From: an uncultured Gammaproteobacteria bacterium
Lineage (GTDB): Bacteria; Pseudomonadota; Gammaproteobacteria; Xanthomonadales; Xanthomonadaceae
Direction of reading: 5' to 3'
Assembly: GCA_963707625.1 (NCBI GenBank)
Contig: CAVPQV010000019.1
Span: forward strand, 115,415 to 179,414
DNA length: 64,000 bases
Below are positions 49,821-64,000 of this stretch, piece by piece. The position numbers and the translations under genes are program-made. The notes under the pieces are model-generated. The model ran no database searches and was not told the origin of the DNA. It saw only the letters and a list, made by a program, of their open reading frames with translations. Position 1 is the stretch's first letter. The number at the start of each line of letters is the position of its first letter.

Positions 49821-50779
49821 ACACCTACAAGTGGCTTCTGAAGCGCGAATTCTGGGAGCACAAGGGCGGCTTCTTCTGGACCCCGGCCGTGGTCGGCGCC
49901 CTGATGACGCTGTTCCTGGCGGTGTCGATGATCATCGGCGTCACGGTGAAGAACGAAAAGGGCATGCAGATCAACGGCCAGCAGGTCACCAACCTGTCGG
50001 AAGTGGTCAGCCCCGAGCAGAAGCTGCGCATCGTCGAGGCGATCAGCCAGGGCTACATCGGCATGTCGGCACCGCTGTTCTTCGTGATGGGCGTCGTGAT
50101 CTTCTTCTTCTGCCTCGGCTGCCTGTTCGACGAGCGCAAGGACCGCAGCATCCTGTTCTGGAAGTCGCTGCCGGTGTCCGACACCGAGACGGTGCTGAGC
50201 AAGGCGGCGATGGCGCTGCTGGCGGCGCCGCTGATCACCCTGGCCTTCGCGGTGGTGGTGAGCATCCTGGCGCTGCTGATCATCCTCATCGGCGCGGCGG
50301 CCTCGGGCCTGAACCTGTTCGGTGCGGTTCTGGCAACTCCGGCGGTCTACACGGCACCCTTCATGGTGGCGGCAACGATCCCGGTGTACATGGTGTGGGC
50401 GCTGCCAACCGTGGGCTGGCTGATGATGGTCTCGTCCTGGGCGCGCACCAAGGTGTTCCTCTGGGCCGTGGGCGTGCCGGTGCTGACCGCGGTGCTGCTG
50501 AGCTGGTTCGACGCCATGTTCGACTTCAACTGGAACGTTGAGTGGTTCTGGAAGAACATCGTCGGCCGCGGCCTGCTCAGCGTGCTGCCCGGTTCCTGGT
50601 TCGCTTTCGTGGAACCCGCGAATGGCATGCGGGTGAGCGGCAACGATGTGGACGTCGGCATCCTGGTGGCGCGCAGCTGGCAGACCCTTGCCTCGGCGCA
50701 CGCAGCGATCGGTGCGGTGGCGGGCGCGGCGATGATCTTCGTCGCCACGCGCATCCGCCGCTGGAAGGACGAAGGCTGA
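49817..50779 (+). CDS. ABC-2 type transporter permease
   Basis: LLKREFWEH; DERKDRSILFWKSLPVSD; multiple TM segments. Confidence 0.9.
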   Translation: MNTYKWLLKREFWEHKGGFFWTPAVVGALMTLFLAVSMIIGVTVKNEKGMQINGQQVTNLSEVVSPEQKLRIVEAISQGYIGMSAPLFFVMGVVIFFFCLGCLFDERKDRSILFWKSLPVSDTETVLSKAAMALLAAPLITLAFAVVVSILALLIILIGAAASGLNLFGAVLATPAVYTAPFMVAATIPVYMVWALPTVGWLMMVSSWARTKVFLWAVGVPVLTAVLLSWFDAMFDFNWNVEWFWKNIVGRGLLSVLPGSWFAFVEPANGMRVSGNDVDVGILVARSWQTLASAHAAIGAVAGAAMIFVATRIRRWKDEG

Positions 50780-50800
50780 TCCACCGCGCTTCGTAGCCTG

Positions 50801-50833
50801 AAAAGCAACGCCCCGGGAAACCGGGGCGTTTTT
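50801..50833. terminator. Rho-independent terminator (possibly bidirectional)
   Basis: AACGCCCCGG-GAAA-CCGGGGCGTT followed by TTT. Confidence 0.85.
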
Positions 50834-50848
50834 CGTTGCACGCTGGCC

Positions 50849-50916
50849 TGTAGGAGCGGCTTTCAGCCGCGACTGCCTTTCCGTGAGAGCAGTCGCGGCT
50901 AAAAGCCGCTCCTACA
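50849..50916. repeat. GTAG-type REP doublet (REPIN-like)
   Basis: TGTAGGAGCGGCTTTCAGCCGCGACTGC ... GCAGTCGCGGCTAAAAGCCGCTCCTACA. Confidence 0.88.
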
Positions 50917-50922
50917 AATGGC

Positions 50923-52319
50923 TCAGCCGCCACCGGAGCCGATGCCGCCCTTCGTCAACGCAGAAGGATCGAGCAGCTTGCGCAGTTGCTTCTCCGACAG
51001 TGACGTCATCTCCTTCGCCACCTCCAGCACCGGCCGTCCTTCCTTGTAGGCGCGCTTGGCGATCTTCGCCGCCGCTTCGTAGCCGATCACCGGATTGAGC
51101 GCGGTGACCAGGATCGGGTTGCGGGCGAGCGTTTCATCGAGGCGATCGCGGCGCACCGTGAACCCGGCGATGGCGCGATCGGCCAGCAGCCGCGAGGACG
51201 TCGCCAGCAGTTCGATGGACTGCAGCAGGTTGTGCGCGATCACCGGCAGCATCACGTTCAACTGGAAATTGCCGCTGGCGCCGGCGAAGGTGATCGTGGT
51301 GTGGTTGCCGATCACCTGCGCGCAGACCATCGCCACCGCTTCCGGGATCACCGGATTGACCTTGCCGGGCATGATCGAGCTGCCCGGTTGCAGCGCCGGC
51401 AGTTCGATCTCGCCCAGGCCGGCCAGCGGCCCGGAGTTCATCCAGCGCAGGTCGTTGGCGATCTTGATCAGCGCCACCGCCAGCGCGTTGAGCTGCCCGG
51501 AAAACTCCACCGCCGCATCCTGTGAGGCGATGCCCTCGAACAGGTTGTCGGCCTGCGAGAATTTCACCCCCGAAAGCGAACGCAGGCGCGCCACCGCGCG
51601 CCTGGCGTAGCGCCGGTCGGCATTGATGCCGGTACCGATGGCGGTGCCGCCCAGCGGCAGGCGCTGCAGGCGCAGCGCGCTGTCGTCCAGGCGCGCGATC
51701 GCCGAGGCCAGTTGCGCCGACCACGCGGACAACTCCTGCCCGAGCGTCAGCGGCATCGCGTCCATCAGGTGCGTGCGTCCGGTCTTGAGCACGCGCGCGG
51801 TGTCCTTCGCGCGCTTGTCGATGCCCTTGCGCAGGTGCAGCAGCGCAGGCCGCAGTTGCTCGCGCCACAGCAGCGCCGCCGCGACCTGGATCGCGGTGGG
51901 TATGACGTCGTTGGAACTCTGCCCGAGGTTGACGTGGTCGTTGGGGTGCACCGGGTCTGGCTGTGCGCGCGAAGCCAGGGTGGCGATCACCTCGTTGGCA
52001 TTCATGTTGCTGGAGGTGCCAGAGCCGGTCTGGAACAGGTCGATCGGGAACTGCTCGTCGTGGCGGCCCTCGGCGACCTCGCCGGCGGCGCCGGCGATCG
52101 CCTCGGCCATGGCCGGCGGCAGCAGCCCGAGCTCGCCGTTGGCCTGGGCGGCCGCCGCCTTCACCAGGCCGAGCGCGCGCAGCAAGGCGCGCGGCATGCG
52201 CAGGCCGGAGATGGGGAAGTTCTCCACCGCGCGCTGCGTCTGCGCGCCGTACAAGCGCGTCGGCGGGAACGCGCAGCTCGCCCATGCTGTCGTGCACGAT
52301 GCGGGTCTCGGGCAGCCAT
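50923..52319 (-). CDS. fumC: Class II fumarate hydratase (indels near the 5' end)
   Basis: HDSMGE, YGAQTQRA, QTGSGTSSNMNANEV, GRTHLMDA, GSSIMPGKVNP. Confidence 0.93.
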
Positions 52320-52351
52320 GTCCACTCCTTGGGTTGCAGGCCGGATCATAG

Positions 52352-53781
<1,430 letters not shown>

Positions 53782-53789
53782 GCCGCGCG

Positions 53790-54972
53790 ATGCTGGAGAT
53801 CCGCGCCAGCAAGCAACATTTCCTCGGCATGCCGGCGGAAGAGTTCCTGCGCGACTACTGGCAGAAGCAGCCGCTGCTGGTCCGCCAGGCCTTCCCGGCC
53901 TACCAGTCGCCGCTGACCCCGGAAGACCTCGCTGGCCTCGCCTGCGAGGAAAGCGCGCGCTCGCGCCTGGTGCAGCATGACCGCGCGCGCGACCAGTGGC
54001 TGGTGCGCAGCGGACCTTTCGCGGAAGAAGAATTCCCGAAACTGGGCGAGCGCGACTGGACCCTGCTGGTGCAGGACATGGACAAGTGGGACGTCGACGT
54101 GCGCGCCCTGCTCGACCGCTTCCGTTTCCTGCCGGCCTGGCGCATCGACGACGTCATGATCAGCTTCGCCGCGCCGGGCGGCTCGGTCGGCCCGCACGTG
54201 GACCAGTACGACGTGTTCCTGCTGCAGGCGCAGGGCCAGCGGCGCTGGCAGATCGATGCCGACCCGGATGCGCCGCGCGGCTTCCGCCCCGACCTCGAGC
54301 TCAAGCTGCTGCAGCGCTTCACGGCTTCGACACGAGTGGGTGCTGGACCCGGGCGACATGCTCTACCTGCCGCCCGGCGTGCCGAACCACGGCGAAGCGG
54401 TGGATGCCTGCCTCACCTTTTCCGTCGGCATGCGCGCGCCTTCGCGCGCAGAGCTGCTGGTTGACCTGGCCGAGGAAGTCGCCGCCGCGCTGCCGGAAGA
54501 GTCGCGCTACGCCGACCCCGACCTCGCCGAGCCGCGCGACGCTTTCGAGATCGACGACGCCGCCTTCGCGCGCGTGGACCAGGCCTTGTCGGCGCTGGCC
54601 GGGATGGACGAACGCTCGCGCCGGCGCTGGTTCGGCCGCTTCATCACCCGTTACCGCTCGGCCGGCGAAATCACCCCGGGCCCCAGGCCCCCGAGCCTGG
54701 CGACGGTGGAAAAATCACTGGGCGCCGGCGGCATGCTGCTGCGCCATCCCTTCGCGCGCAGTGCCTGGGCGCGCGACGGCAAGCAGGCCTGGCTGTTCGT
54801 GGACGGCGAGGCCTGGCAGATGGACGCGCGCGCGGCGCACGTACTCGCCGCCTACGAGGCCATTGACGACGCCGCCCTGGCCAAGCTGGGTGATGCCGGC
54901 CGCGATGCGCTCGGCTCGCTGCTGCGCCGCGGCCACTACCAGTTGCAGAAACCTGCGAGGAGCCGCCGATGA
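53790..54972 (+). CDS. roxA: JmjC/cupin ribosomal protein L16 arginine hydroxylase family (one apparent frameshift near 54325)
   Basis: FLRDYWQKQPL, WRIDDVMISFA, GPHVDQYDVFL, PGDMLYLPP. Confidence 0.9.
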
Positions 54973-55937
54973 ATACCCTTCCTGATGCCGCCTTCCGGGT
55001 CGAGCCGGCCAACTACGGCGTCGATTTCCAGGACCTGCGCGCGGTCCGCGAACCGGTGTTCGTGCAGGAACAGAACGTGCCGCTCGAACTGGAGTGGGAT
55101 GATCTGGACCCGAAGTGCCGGCACGTCATCGCGCGCGACGACGCGCACCGGCCGATCGGCACCGGACGGCTGACGCCGGAACACAAGATCGGGCGCATGG
55201 CGGTGCTGAAGGAATGGCGCGGACGCGGCGTGGGCGAGGCGCTGCTGCTGGCGCTGGTCGAAGAGGCGCGCGCGCTGGGCTTGGCCGAAGTGAGCCTGAA
55301 CGCGCAGGTGGATGCGATCGGTTTCTATGGCAAGTTCGGCTTCGTGCCCGAAGGCGAGCGCTTCGAGGAGGCCGGCATCCAGCACCAGGCGATGCGCCTG
55401 CAACTGCAGCCGAAGGCCGCCGAGCGTCCTTCGCCGGCGCGCCCACGCGGCCCCTCGCAACCGATGACCGATTTCGAGGGACTGGAGGCCACCCGCGCCG
55501 CCGTGCTCGCGCTGGTCGTGGACGCCCGCCGCGACATCATGGTCTACACGCGCGAACTGGAACCGGCGGTGTTCGCGTGGCCGCCGATCGTGGAGGCCTT
55601 CAAGGACTTCGCCGTTTCCGGGCGCGGCGGCACGGCCCGCTTCGTGATCCAGGATCCGATGGTGGCCCAGCGCACCCCCCATCCGCTGCTGGCAGTCGCG
55701 CACCGGCTGTCCAGCGTGTTCCTGTTCCGCACGCCGCAGGACGCGGAGGAGTTGCAATACCCTTCGGTGTTTGTTGCCAACGACGCCGACGGTTACCTGT
55801 TCCGGCTGCTGGGCAGCCGCTACGAGGGCGACTGGAGCCGGGCCCTGCCCGGGCGCAACCGGCAGTTGCAGGAGCAGTTCAAGCGCACCTGGGAGCGGGC
55901 GCGGGCCTGCACCGAGTTGCGCGCCCTGGGGATCTAG
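54969..55937 (+). CDS. GNAT acetyltransferase fused to a C-terminal domain of unknown function
   Basis: VFVQEQNVP, IGRMAV, RGRGVG, FYGKFGF, EAGIQH; about 170 aa of extra C-terminus. Confidence 0.88.
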   Translation: MNTLPDAAFRVEPANYGVDFQDLRAVREPVFVQEQNVPLELEWDDLDPKCRHVIARDDAHRPIGTGRLTPEHKIGRMAVLKEWRGRGVGEALLLALVEEARALGLAEVSLNAQVDAIGFYGKFGFVPEGERFEEAGIQHQAMRLQLQPKAAERPSPARPRGPSQPMTDFEGLEATRAAVLALVVDARRDIMVYTRELEPAVFAWPPIVEAFKDFAVSGRGGTARFVIQDPMVAQRTPHPLLAVAHRLSSVFLFRTPQDAEELQYPSVFVANDADGYLFRLLGSRYEGDWSRALPGRNRQLQEQFKRTWERARACTELRALGI

Positions 55938-55949
55938 CGTGTCGCTGCC

Positions 55950-55990
55950 GGGGACAGGACTTAAGTCCTGTCCCCTCCCCGCGCTATAAT
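55950..55990 (+). promoter_or_regulatory. Perfect 26-bp palindrome plus -10 TATAAT upstream of sucA
   Basis: GGGGACAGGACTTAAGTCCTGTCCCC (55950-55975); TATAAT at 55985-55990. Confidence 0.6.
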
Positions 55991-56034
55991 TCCGGTTCTT
56001 TGGCCGCAGACAACGGAAGGCAGCAGCGAACGCC

Positions 56035-58897
56035 GTGGACAGCCTGATCAAGCAGTTTTCCCGCAGCTCCCAGCTGTCCGGCGGCAACGCCGGCTACATC
56101 GAAGACCTCTATGAGCAGTACCTGGCCGATCCGGCCAGCGTGCCTGCGGCCTGGAAGGCGTATTTCGACCAGACCGGCGGCCGCGAGGCCGGCGACCTGC
56201 CGCACTCCGCGGTGATGGCACAGGTGCAGGCGGCGGCGCGCGCGGGCGCGCGCGGCGGCAACGGCACTGGCATCGACGAGGAAGCGGCGCGCAAGCAGAC
56301 CGCCTTCGGCAAGCTGGTTACGGCGTATCGTTCGCGCGGCCACCTGGGCGCAAAGCTCGATCCGCTTGGACTGGCGCCAGCACAGCCGGCCCCGGACCTG
56401 GGACTGGAATTCCATGGCCTGGCCGATGCCGACCTCGACCGCGAGTTCGACGTCGCCACCTATTTCGGCAAGCCCAAGCTCAAGCTGCGCGACCTGCTCG
56501 CCAGGCTGCAAGGCCACCTACAGCAGCAGCATCGGCGCCGAGTTCATGCACATCTCCGATGCCGCGCAGCGGCACTGGATGCAGGAACGCCTGGAAGCGG
56601 CCGCCGGCGGCTTCAGCTTCGACGCCGCCGCACGCAAGCGCATGCTCGAGCGCCTGACGGCCGCCGAGGGCCTGGAGCGCTACCTGCACACCAAGTACGT
56701 CGGCCAGAAGCGCTTCTCGCTCGAGGGCGGCGACTCGCTGATCCCGCTGATGGACACGCTGATCCGCCGCGGCGGCGAGCGACGGCGTCAAGGACGTGGT
56801 CATCGGCATGGCCCACCGCGGCCGCCTGAACGTGCTGATCAACACGCTCGGCAAGCCGCCGCACAAGCTGTTCGCCGAGTTCGAGGGCAAGTTCGACCAT
56901 CCGGACGACGACCCGGCGCACTCGGGCGACGTGAAGTACCACATGGGCTTCAGCTCCGACATCGCCACGCCCGGCGGCCCCGTGCACCTGGCGCTGGCTT
57001 TCAATCCTTCGCACCTGGAAATCGTCGACCCGGTGGTGGCCGGCTCGGTGCGTGCGCGCCAGATGCGCCGCCAGGACGGCAAGCGCGCAAACAGGTGATG
57101 CCGGTGCTGATCCATGGCGACGCCGCCTTCGCCGGCCAGGGCGTGATCATGGAACTGTTCCAGATGTCGCAGGCGCGCGGCTTCGCGCGTCGGCGGCACG
57201 CGTGCACATCGTCATCAACAACCAGGTCGGCTTCACCATCAGCCGGCCGGACGACGCGCGCTCGACGCTGTACTGCACCGACCCGGCCAAGATCGTCGGC
57301 GCACCGGTGCTGCACGTGAACGGCGACGACCCGGAGGCGGTGGTGTTCTGCGCGCAGCTGGCCTTCGACTTCCGCCAGGCCTTCGAGCGCGACGTCGTCA
57401 TCGACCTGGTCTGCTACCGCCGCCACGGCCACAACGAGGCCGACGAGCCGGCGGCGACGCAGCCGCTGATGTACCAGAACATCCGCGCCCGCAAGACCAC
57501 GCGCGAGCTGTACGCCGACGCGCTGGCCGCCGACGGCGTCCTCGACGCCGCAGGCGCCAAGGCAGCTGGTGGACGCCTACCGCGACAAGCTCGACCAGCG
57601 GCGAGGTCGACCACCGACCTGGCCCGGTCGGCCGAGGATCCCGTTCGCGGTGGACTGGACGCCCTACCTCAAGGGCAAGCTGGCCGACGCGGTCAAGACC
57701 GGGTCTGGCGCGCTTCTCGCTCGACAGCCTCGCCCGCAAGATCAACACGCTGCCCGAATCGCTGCACGCTGCATGCGCGCGTGGCCAAGATCTACGAGGA
57801 CCGGCGCAAGATGCTGGCGGGCGAGCTGCCGATGGACTGGGGCTTCGCCGAGAACCTGGCCTACGCCACGCTGCTCGCCGAGGGCTACCAGCCTGCGCCT
57901 GGTCGGCCAGGATTCCGGCCGCGGCACCTTCTTCCACCGCCACGCGGTGCTGCACGACCAGGCCACCGGCGACGACGTACATGCCGCTGCGCGAGCTGGT
58001 CGAAGACGCCCGAGCACGCGATGATCATCGACTCGCTGCTAGCGGAAGAAGCGGTGATGGCCTTCGAATACGGCTACTCCACCGCCGAGCCGATGCACGC
58101 TGAACATCTGGGAAGCGCCAGTTCGGCGACTTCGCCAACGGCGCGCAGGTGGTGATCGACCAGTTCATCACCTCCGGCGAGTCCAAGTGGGACCGGCTGT
58201 GCGGCCTGGTGCTGTTCCTGCCGCACGGCTACGAGGGCCAGGGCCCCGAGCACAGCTCGGCGCGCCTGGAGCGCTTCCTGCAGCTGTGCGCGCTCAACAA
58301 CATCCAGGTCTGCACGCCGACCACCCCGGCGCAGATGTTCCACATGCTGCGCCGGCAGATGCTGCGCGCACACGCGCAAGCCGCTGGTGGTGATGACGCC
58401 GAAGTCGCATGCTGCGCAACAAGCTGTCGGTGTCCACGCTGGACGAACTGGCCGATGGCCGCTTCCAGGACCTGATCCCGGACAGCTACTGCAAGGACGC
58501 CGACGAAGGCGCGTCGCGTGGTGGTCTGCGGCGGCAAGGTCTACTACGACCTGGTCGAGTCGGCGCAGGCGCGCGGCCTCGAGGACGTCGCCATCGTGCG
58601 CGTCGAGCAGCTGTATCCCTTCCCGCGCACCGAACTGGCCGCCGAGCTGAAGCGCTTCGCGCACGCCAAGGAAGTCAGTCTGGTGCCAGGAAGAGCCGAT
58701 GAACCAGGGCGCCTGGTACCAGATGCAGCACCACCTGCGCAGCTGCCTGCAGCCCGGCCAGTCGCTCGAGCTACACCGGCCGCGCGCGCTCGCCGGCGCC
58801 GGCCTGCGGCCACCTGAAGACGCACATGGCCGAACAGCAGGCGCTGCTCGACGACGCGCTGGTCAACCCGGCCGACGGCGACCACGTCTTCGAATGA
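56035..58897 (+). CDS. sucA: 2-oxoglutarate dehydrogenase E1 (many apparent frameshifts)
   Basis: [62 protein letters not shown]. Confidence 0.95.
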
Positions 58898-58928
58898 TCA
58901 ACAACCAGAAAAGACACAGGCCATCCCC

Positions 58929-61594
<2,666 letters not shown>

Positions 61595-61607
61595 CGCAAC
61601 GCGCGGC

Positions 61608-62594
61608 ATGGACGAATTCCGCGCTTTCCGCATCCGCAGCGACGATGCCGGCTACCGGGCCGGCGTCGAGTCCATGCGCGTGGATGAGCTCAGCGCCGGC
61701 GAGGTGCTGGTCAAGGCCGCGTACAGCAGCATCAACTACAAGGACGCGCTCGCCGGCACCGGCCAGGGCAAGATCCTGCGCCGCTTTCCGCTCAACGGCG
61801 GCGTCGACGTCGCCGGGCACGTGGTCGCTTCGAGCGATCCGCGCTTCAAGGAAGGCGACGCGGTGCTGTGCACCGGCAGCGGCCTGTCGGAAACGCGCGA
61901 TGGCGGCTATGGCGAGTACGTGCGCCTGGAAGCGGCGACCACCATCGCCCTGCCCTCGGGCCTGTCGCTGCGCGAGAGCATGATCCTGGGTACCGCCGGT
62001 TTCACCGCCGCGCTGGCGCTGTACCGCATGGAGCAGAACGAACAGCACCCCGGCATGGGCCCGATCGCGGTGACCGGCGCCACCGGCGGCGTCGGCATGC
62101 TCGCGATCGACATCCTGTCGCGCGCTGGCTACGAGGTGGATGCGATCACTGGAAAGGCCGAGCAGGCCGACTTCCTGCGCAGGCTCGGCGCCAGTACTGT
62201 GACGCCGCGCACAGAAGTGGACTGGGGCAACCGGCCGCTGGAGTCGGCGAGCTGGGCGGGCGCGATCGACAACGTCGGCGGCACCACCCTGGCCGGACTG
62301 TGCCGGCGCCTGCAGCCCTACGGCAACCTCGCCAGTTGCGGCATGGCCGGAAGCGCCGAGTTCGCCAGCACGGTGATGCCCTTCATCATCCGCGGCGTTT
62401 CCATCCTCGGAATCGCCTCCGCCGGCACCGCCATCGCCATCCGCCGGGAAATCTGGCGGCGCCTGGCCACGCAGTGGAAGCCGGCGCATCTGGACACGAT
62501 CTGCACGCGCGAGCTCGGTTTGGCGGAGTTGCCCGGGGTTTTCCCGGGCATGCTCGCCGGCGGCTCCTTTGGCCGCAGCCTGGTCAAATTGTGA
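61608..62594 (+). CDS. acuI: YhdH/AcuI-family quinone oxidoreductase (acryloyl-CoA reductase-like)
   Basis: YSSINYKDALA, GTAGFTAAL, VTGATGGVG, MPFIIRGV. Confidence 0.85.
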   Translation: MDEFRAFRIRSDDAGYRAGVESMRVDELSAGEVLVKAAYSSINYKDALAGTGQGKILRRFPLNGGVDVAGHVVASSDPRFKEGDAVLCTGSGLSETRDGGYGEYVRLEAATTIALPSGLSLRESMILGTAGFTAALALYRMEQNEQHPGMGPIAVTGATGGVGMLAIDILSRAGYEVDAITGKAEQADFLRRLGASTVTPRTEVDWGNRPLESASWAGAIDNVGGTTLAGLCRRLQPYGNLASCGMAGSAEFASTVMPFIIRGVSILGIASAGTAIAIRREIWRRLATQWKPAHLDTICTRELGLAELPGVFPGMLAGGSFGRSLVKL

Positions 62595-62652
62595 AGTCCT
62601 TGTGTATCCGCCGCCCGGCGGGCATACAATCAGCCAACTCCGTGGAGGCACT

Positions 62653-63021
62653 ATGGCACGCATCCTGATTGTTGATGATTCCCCGTCCCAGCTGCTGGGG
62701 ATGAAGCGCATCGTCGAGAAGCTCGGCCATGAGACGGTCACTGCCGAGGACGGCGCCTCCGGCGTCGAAGTGGCGAAGGCGACCCTGCCGGACCTGATCC
62801 TGATGGACGTGGTGATGCCGAACCTCAACGGCTTCCAGGCCACGCGCGCGATTTCCAAGGAACCGACCACGGCGCAGATCCCGGTCGTGCTGGTCACCAC
62901 CAAGGACCAGGAGACCGACAAGGTCTGGGGCATGCGCCAGGGCGCCAAGGCCTACATCACCAAGCCGTTCACCGAGACGCAGCTGATCGAAGTGATCAAC
63001 TCGCTGCTGGTTCCGGGTTAA
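62653..63021 (+). CDS. pilH: Single-domain response regulator, PilH
   Basis: MARILIVDDSP, MDVVMPNLNGFQATR, TTKDQETDKVWGMRQGA; GGAGG RBS. Confidence 0.88.
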   Translation: MARILIVDDSPSQLLGMKRIVEKLGHETVTAEDGASGVEVAKATLPDLILMDVVMPNLNGFQATRAISKEPTTAQIPVVLVTTKDQETDKVWGMRQGAKAYITKPFTETQLIEVINSLLVPG

Positions 63022-63024
63022 GAC

Positions 63025-63075
63025 AGCAGTCGCGGCTGGCTTTCAACAGCCGCAGGCTGGTCAAGCCGCTCCTAC
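63025..63075. repeat. Single REP with a 25-nt insert in its loop
   Basis: AGCAGTCGCGGCT-[GGCTTTCAACAGCCGCAGGCTGGTC]-AAGCCGCTCCTAC versus AGCAGTCGCGGCT-AA-AAGCCGCTCCTAC at 50888-50915. Confidence 0.75.
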
Positions 63076-63983
63076 GGTTTCTTGCCGAAGGCCTCGCCGA
63101 GTTTGGCGTAGGCTTCGCGCTGCGCGTCATTGTCGGCGCGCGGCGCCGTCACCTCTATCTCCACGATCTGGTCGCCCGCCGCCGGCTTGCCCGGCAGGCC
63201 GCGCCCGCGCAGCCGCAACTTCTTCCCCGTATCGGAATCCGGCGGCACGCGCAGGTCCACCTGCCCGCCCAGGGTCGGCACGCTGACGCGCGTGCCCAGT
63301 GCCGCTTCCCAGGGCGTGAGCGGCAACGTGTAAAGGATGTTGCGGCCGTCCACTTCGAACTCGCCGTGTGGCTTGTAGTCGATTTCGAGGAGCAGGTCGC
63401 TGCGCTTGTTGCCGAAGGCCTGGCCCTGGCCGGCGAGGCGGATCACCTGTCCCGGACGGATTCCCGTCGGGATCTTCACTTCCAGCGTGCGCCCGTCGAT
63501 GCCGATCTTCTGCACGCCGCCGGAGTGCGCGATCTCCAGCGGGATCGCCAGCTTCGCGCGCGTGTCGCCGGGCGGTGCCGCACCGGCGCCGCCCGCGCTG
63601 CCGCGCGCACGCCCGCGCCCGCCACCGAACAGCGATTCGAAGAAGTCGCTGAAGCCCTCGCCGCCACCGCCCTGCTCGAAGCGGAAGCCGCCAGCGCCGA
63701 AAGGATTACCGCCGGCGCCCATGTCACCGAAGTCCGGTGGCGGGCGGAAATCCTCGCCCGGGCGGTAGCCGCGCGCGCGCAGCTGGTCGTACTGCGCGCG
63801 CTTTTCCTTATCGCGCAGCACCTCGTAGGCCTCGTTGACGGCCTTGAAGCGTTCCTCGGCGCCCGCTTCCTTGCTGACGTCGGGGTGGTACTTGCGCGCC
63901 AACCGGCGGTAGGCGGCCTTGATCTCCGCTTCGCCGGCGCCGGATTCGACGCCCAGGGCTTCGTAGTAGTCCTTGAATTCCAT
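63072..63983 (-). CDS. cbpA: DnaJ-class (CbpA-like) co-chaperone
   Basis: MEFKDYY, KYHPD J-domain, G/F region, C-terminal DnaJ_C, no zinc finger. Confidence 0.9.
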   Translation of the reverse strand: MEFKDYYEALGVESGAGEAEIKAAYRRLARKYHPDVSKEAGAEERFKAVNEAYEVLRDKEKRAQYDQLRARGYRPGEDFRPPPDFGDMGAGGNPFGAGGFRFEQGGGGEGFSDFFESLFGGGRGRARGSAGGAGAAPPGDTRAKLAIPLEIAHSGGVQKIGIDGRTLEVKIPTGIRPGQVIRLAGQGQAFGNKRSDLLLEIDYKPHGEFEVDGRNILYTLPLTPWEAALGTRVSVPTLGGQVDLRVPPDSDTGKKLRLRGRGLPGKPAAGDQIVEIEVTAPRADNDAQREAYAKLGEAFGKKP

Positions 63984-64000
63984 CTCTGCTCCGGAGCGCG

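Noticed and set aside
62653-63021. Orphan pilH outside a chemosensory cluster
   Set aside because: Stand-alone PilH-like receivers are common, and nothing else here suggests a new system.

Overview
High-GC chromosomal window from a Xanthomonadales/Lysobacterales-like gammaproteobacterium; the taxon is inferred from gene order and protein motifs, not from a search. Most of the content is housekeeping. In order: dnaB (runs off the left edge), rplI-rpsR-rpsF, iscA, asnS, a kynurenine-route tryptophan catabolic operon, sbcB, a probable accessory block (MFS, SnoaL-like lipoprotein, orphan YdcS-like binding protein, ~8.7 kb cyclic beta-1,2-glucan synthase), 5'-nucleotidase, NAD kinase, large NAD-glutamate dehydrogenase, esterase, acyl-CoA dehydrogenase, a c-di-GMP gene pair, ArsR-methyltransferase regulator with metH, DUF2058/slyX/ugd/fkpA/glutathione peroxidase, a YtrA-type GntR-ABC operon, fumC, purB, roxA, a GNAT, sucAB-lpdA, acuI, pilH and cbpA. 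The most striking item is absent from the supplied ORF track. DnaB carries an intein inserted in its Walker A motif (GK|C), with a LAGLIDADG homing endonuclease whose two motifs are separated by an embedded XRE/Cro-like helix-turn-helix. Other points of interest are a GT4 glycosyltransferase inside the kynurenine operon, an in-frame palindromic repeat inside metH, a REP with a nested insert that supplies the cbpA stop codon, and several structured intergenic elements. Many genes, including core metabolic ones, are broken by clustered indels that look like long-read consensus errors rather than pseudogenes. No rRNA, tRNA, CRISPR array or transposase was seen.
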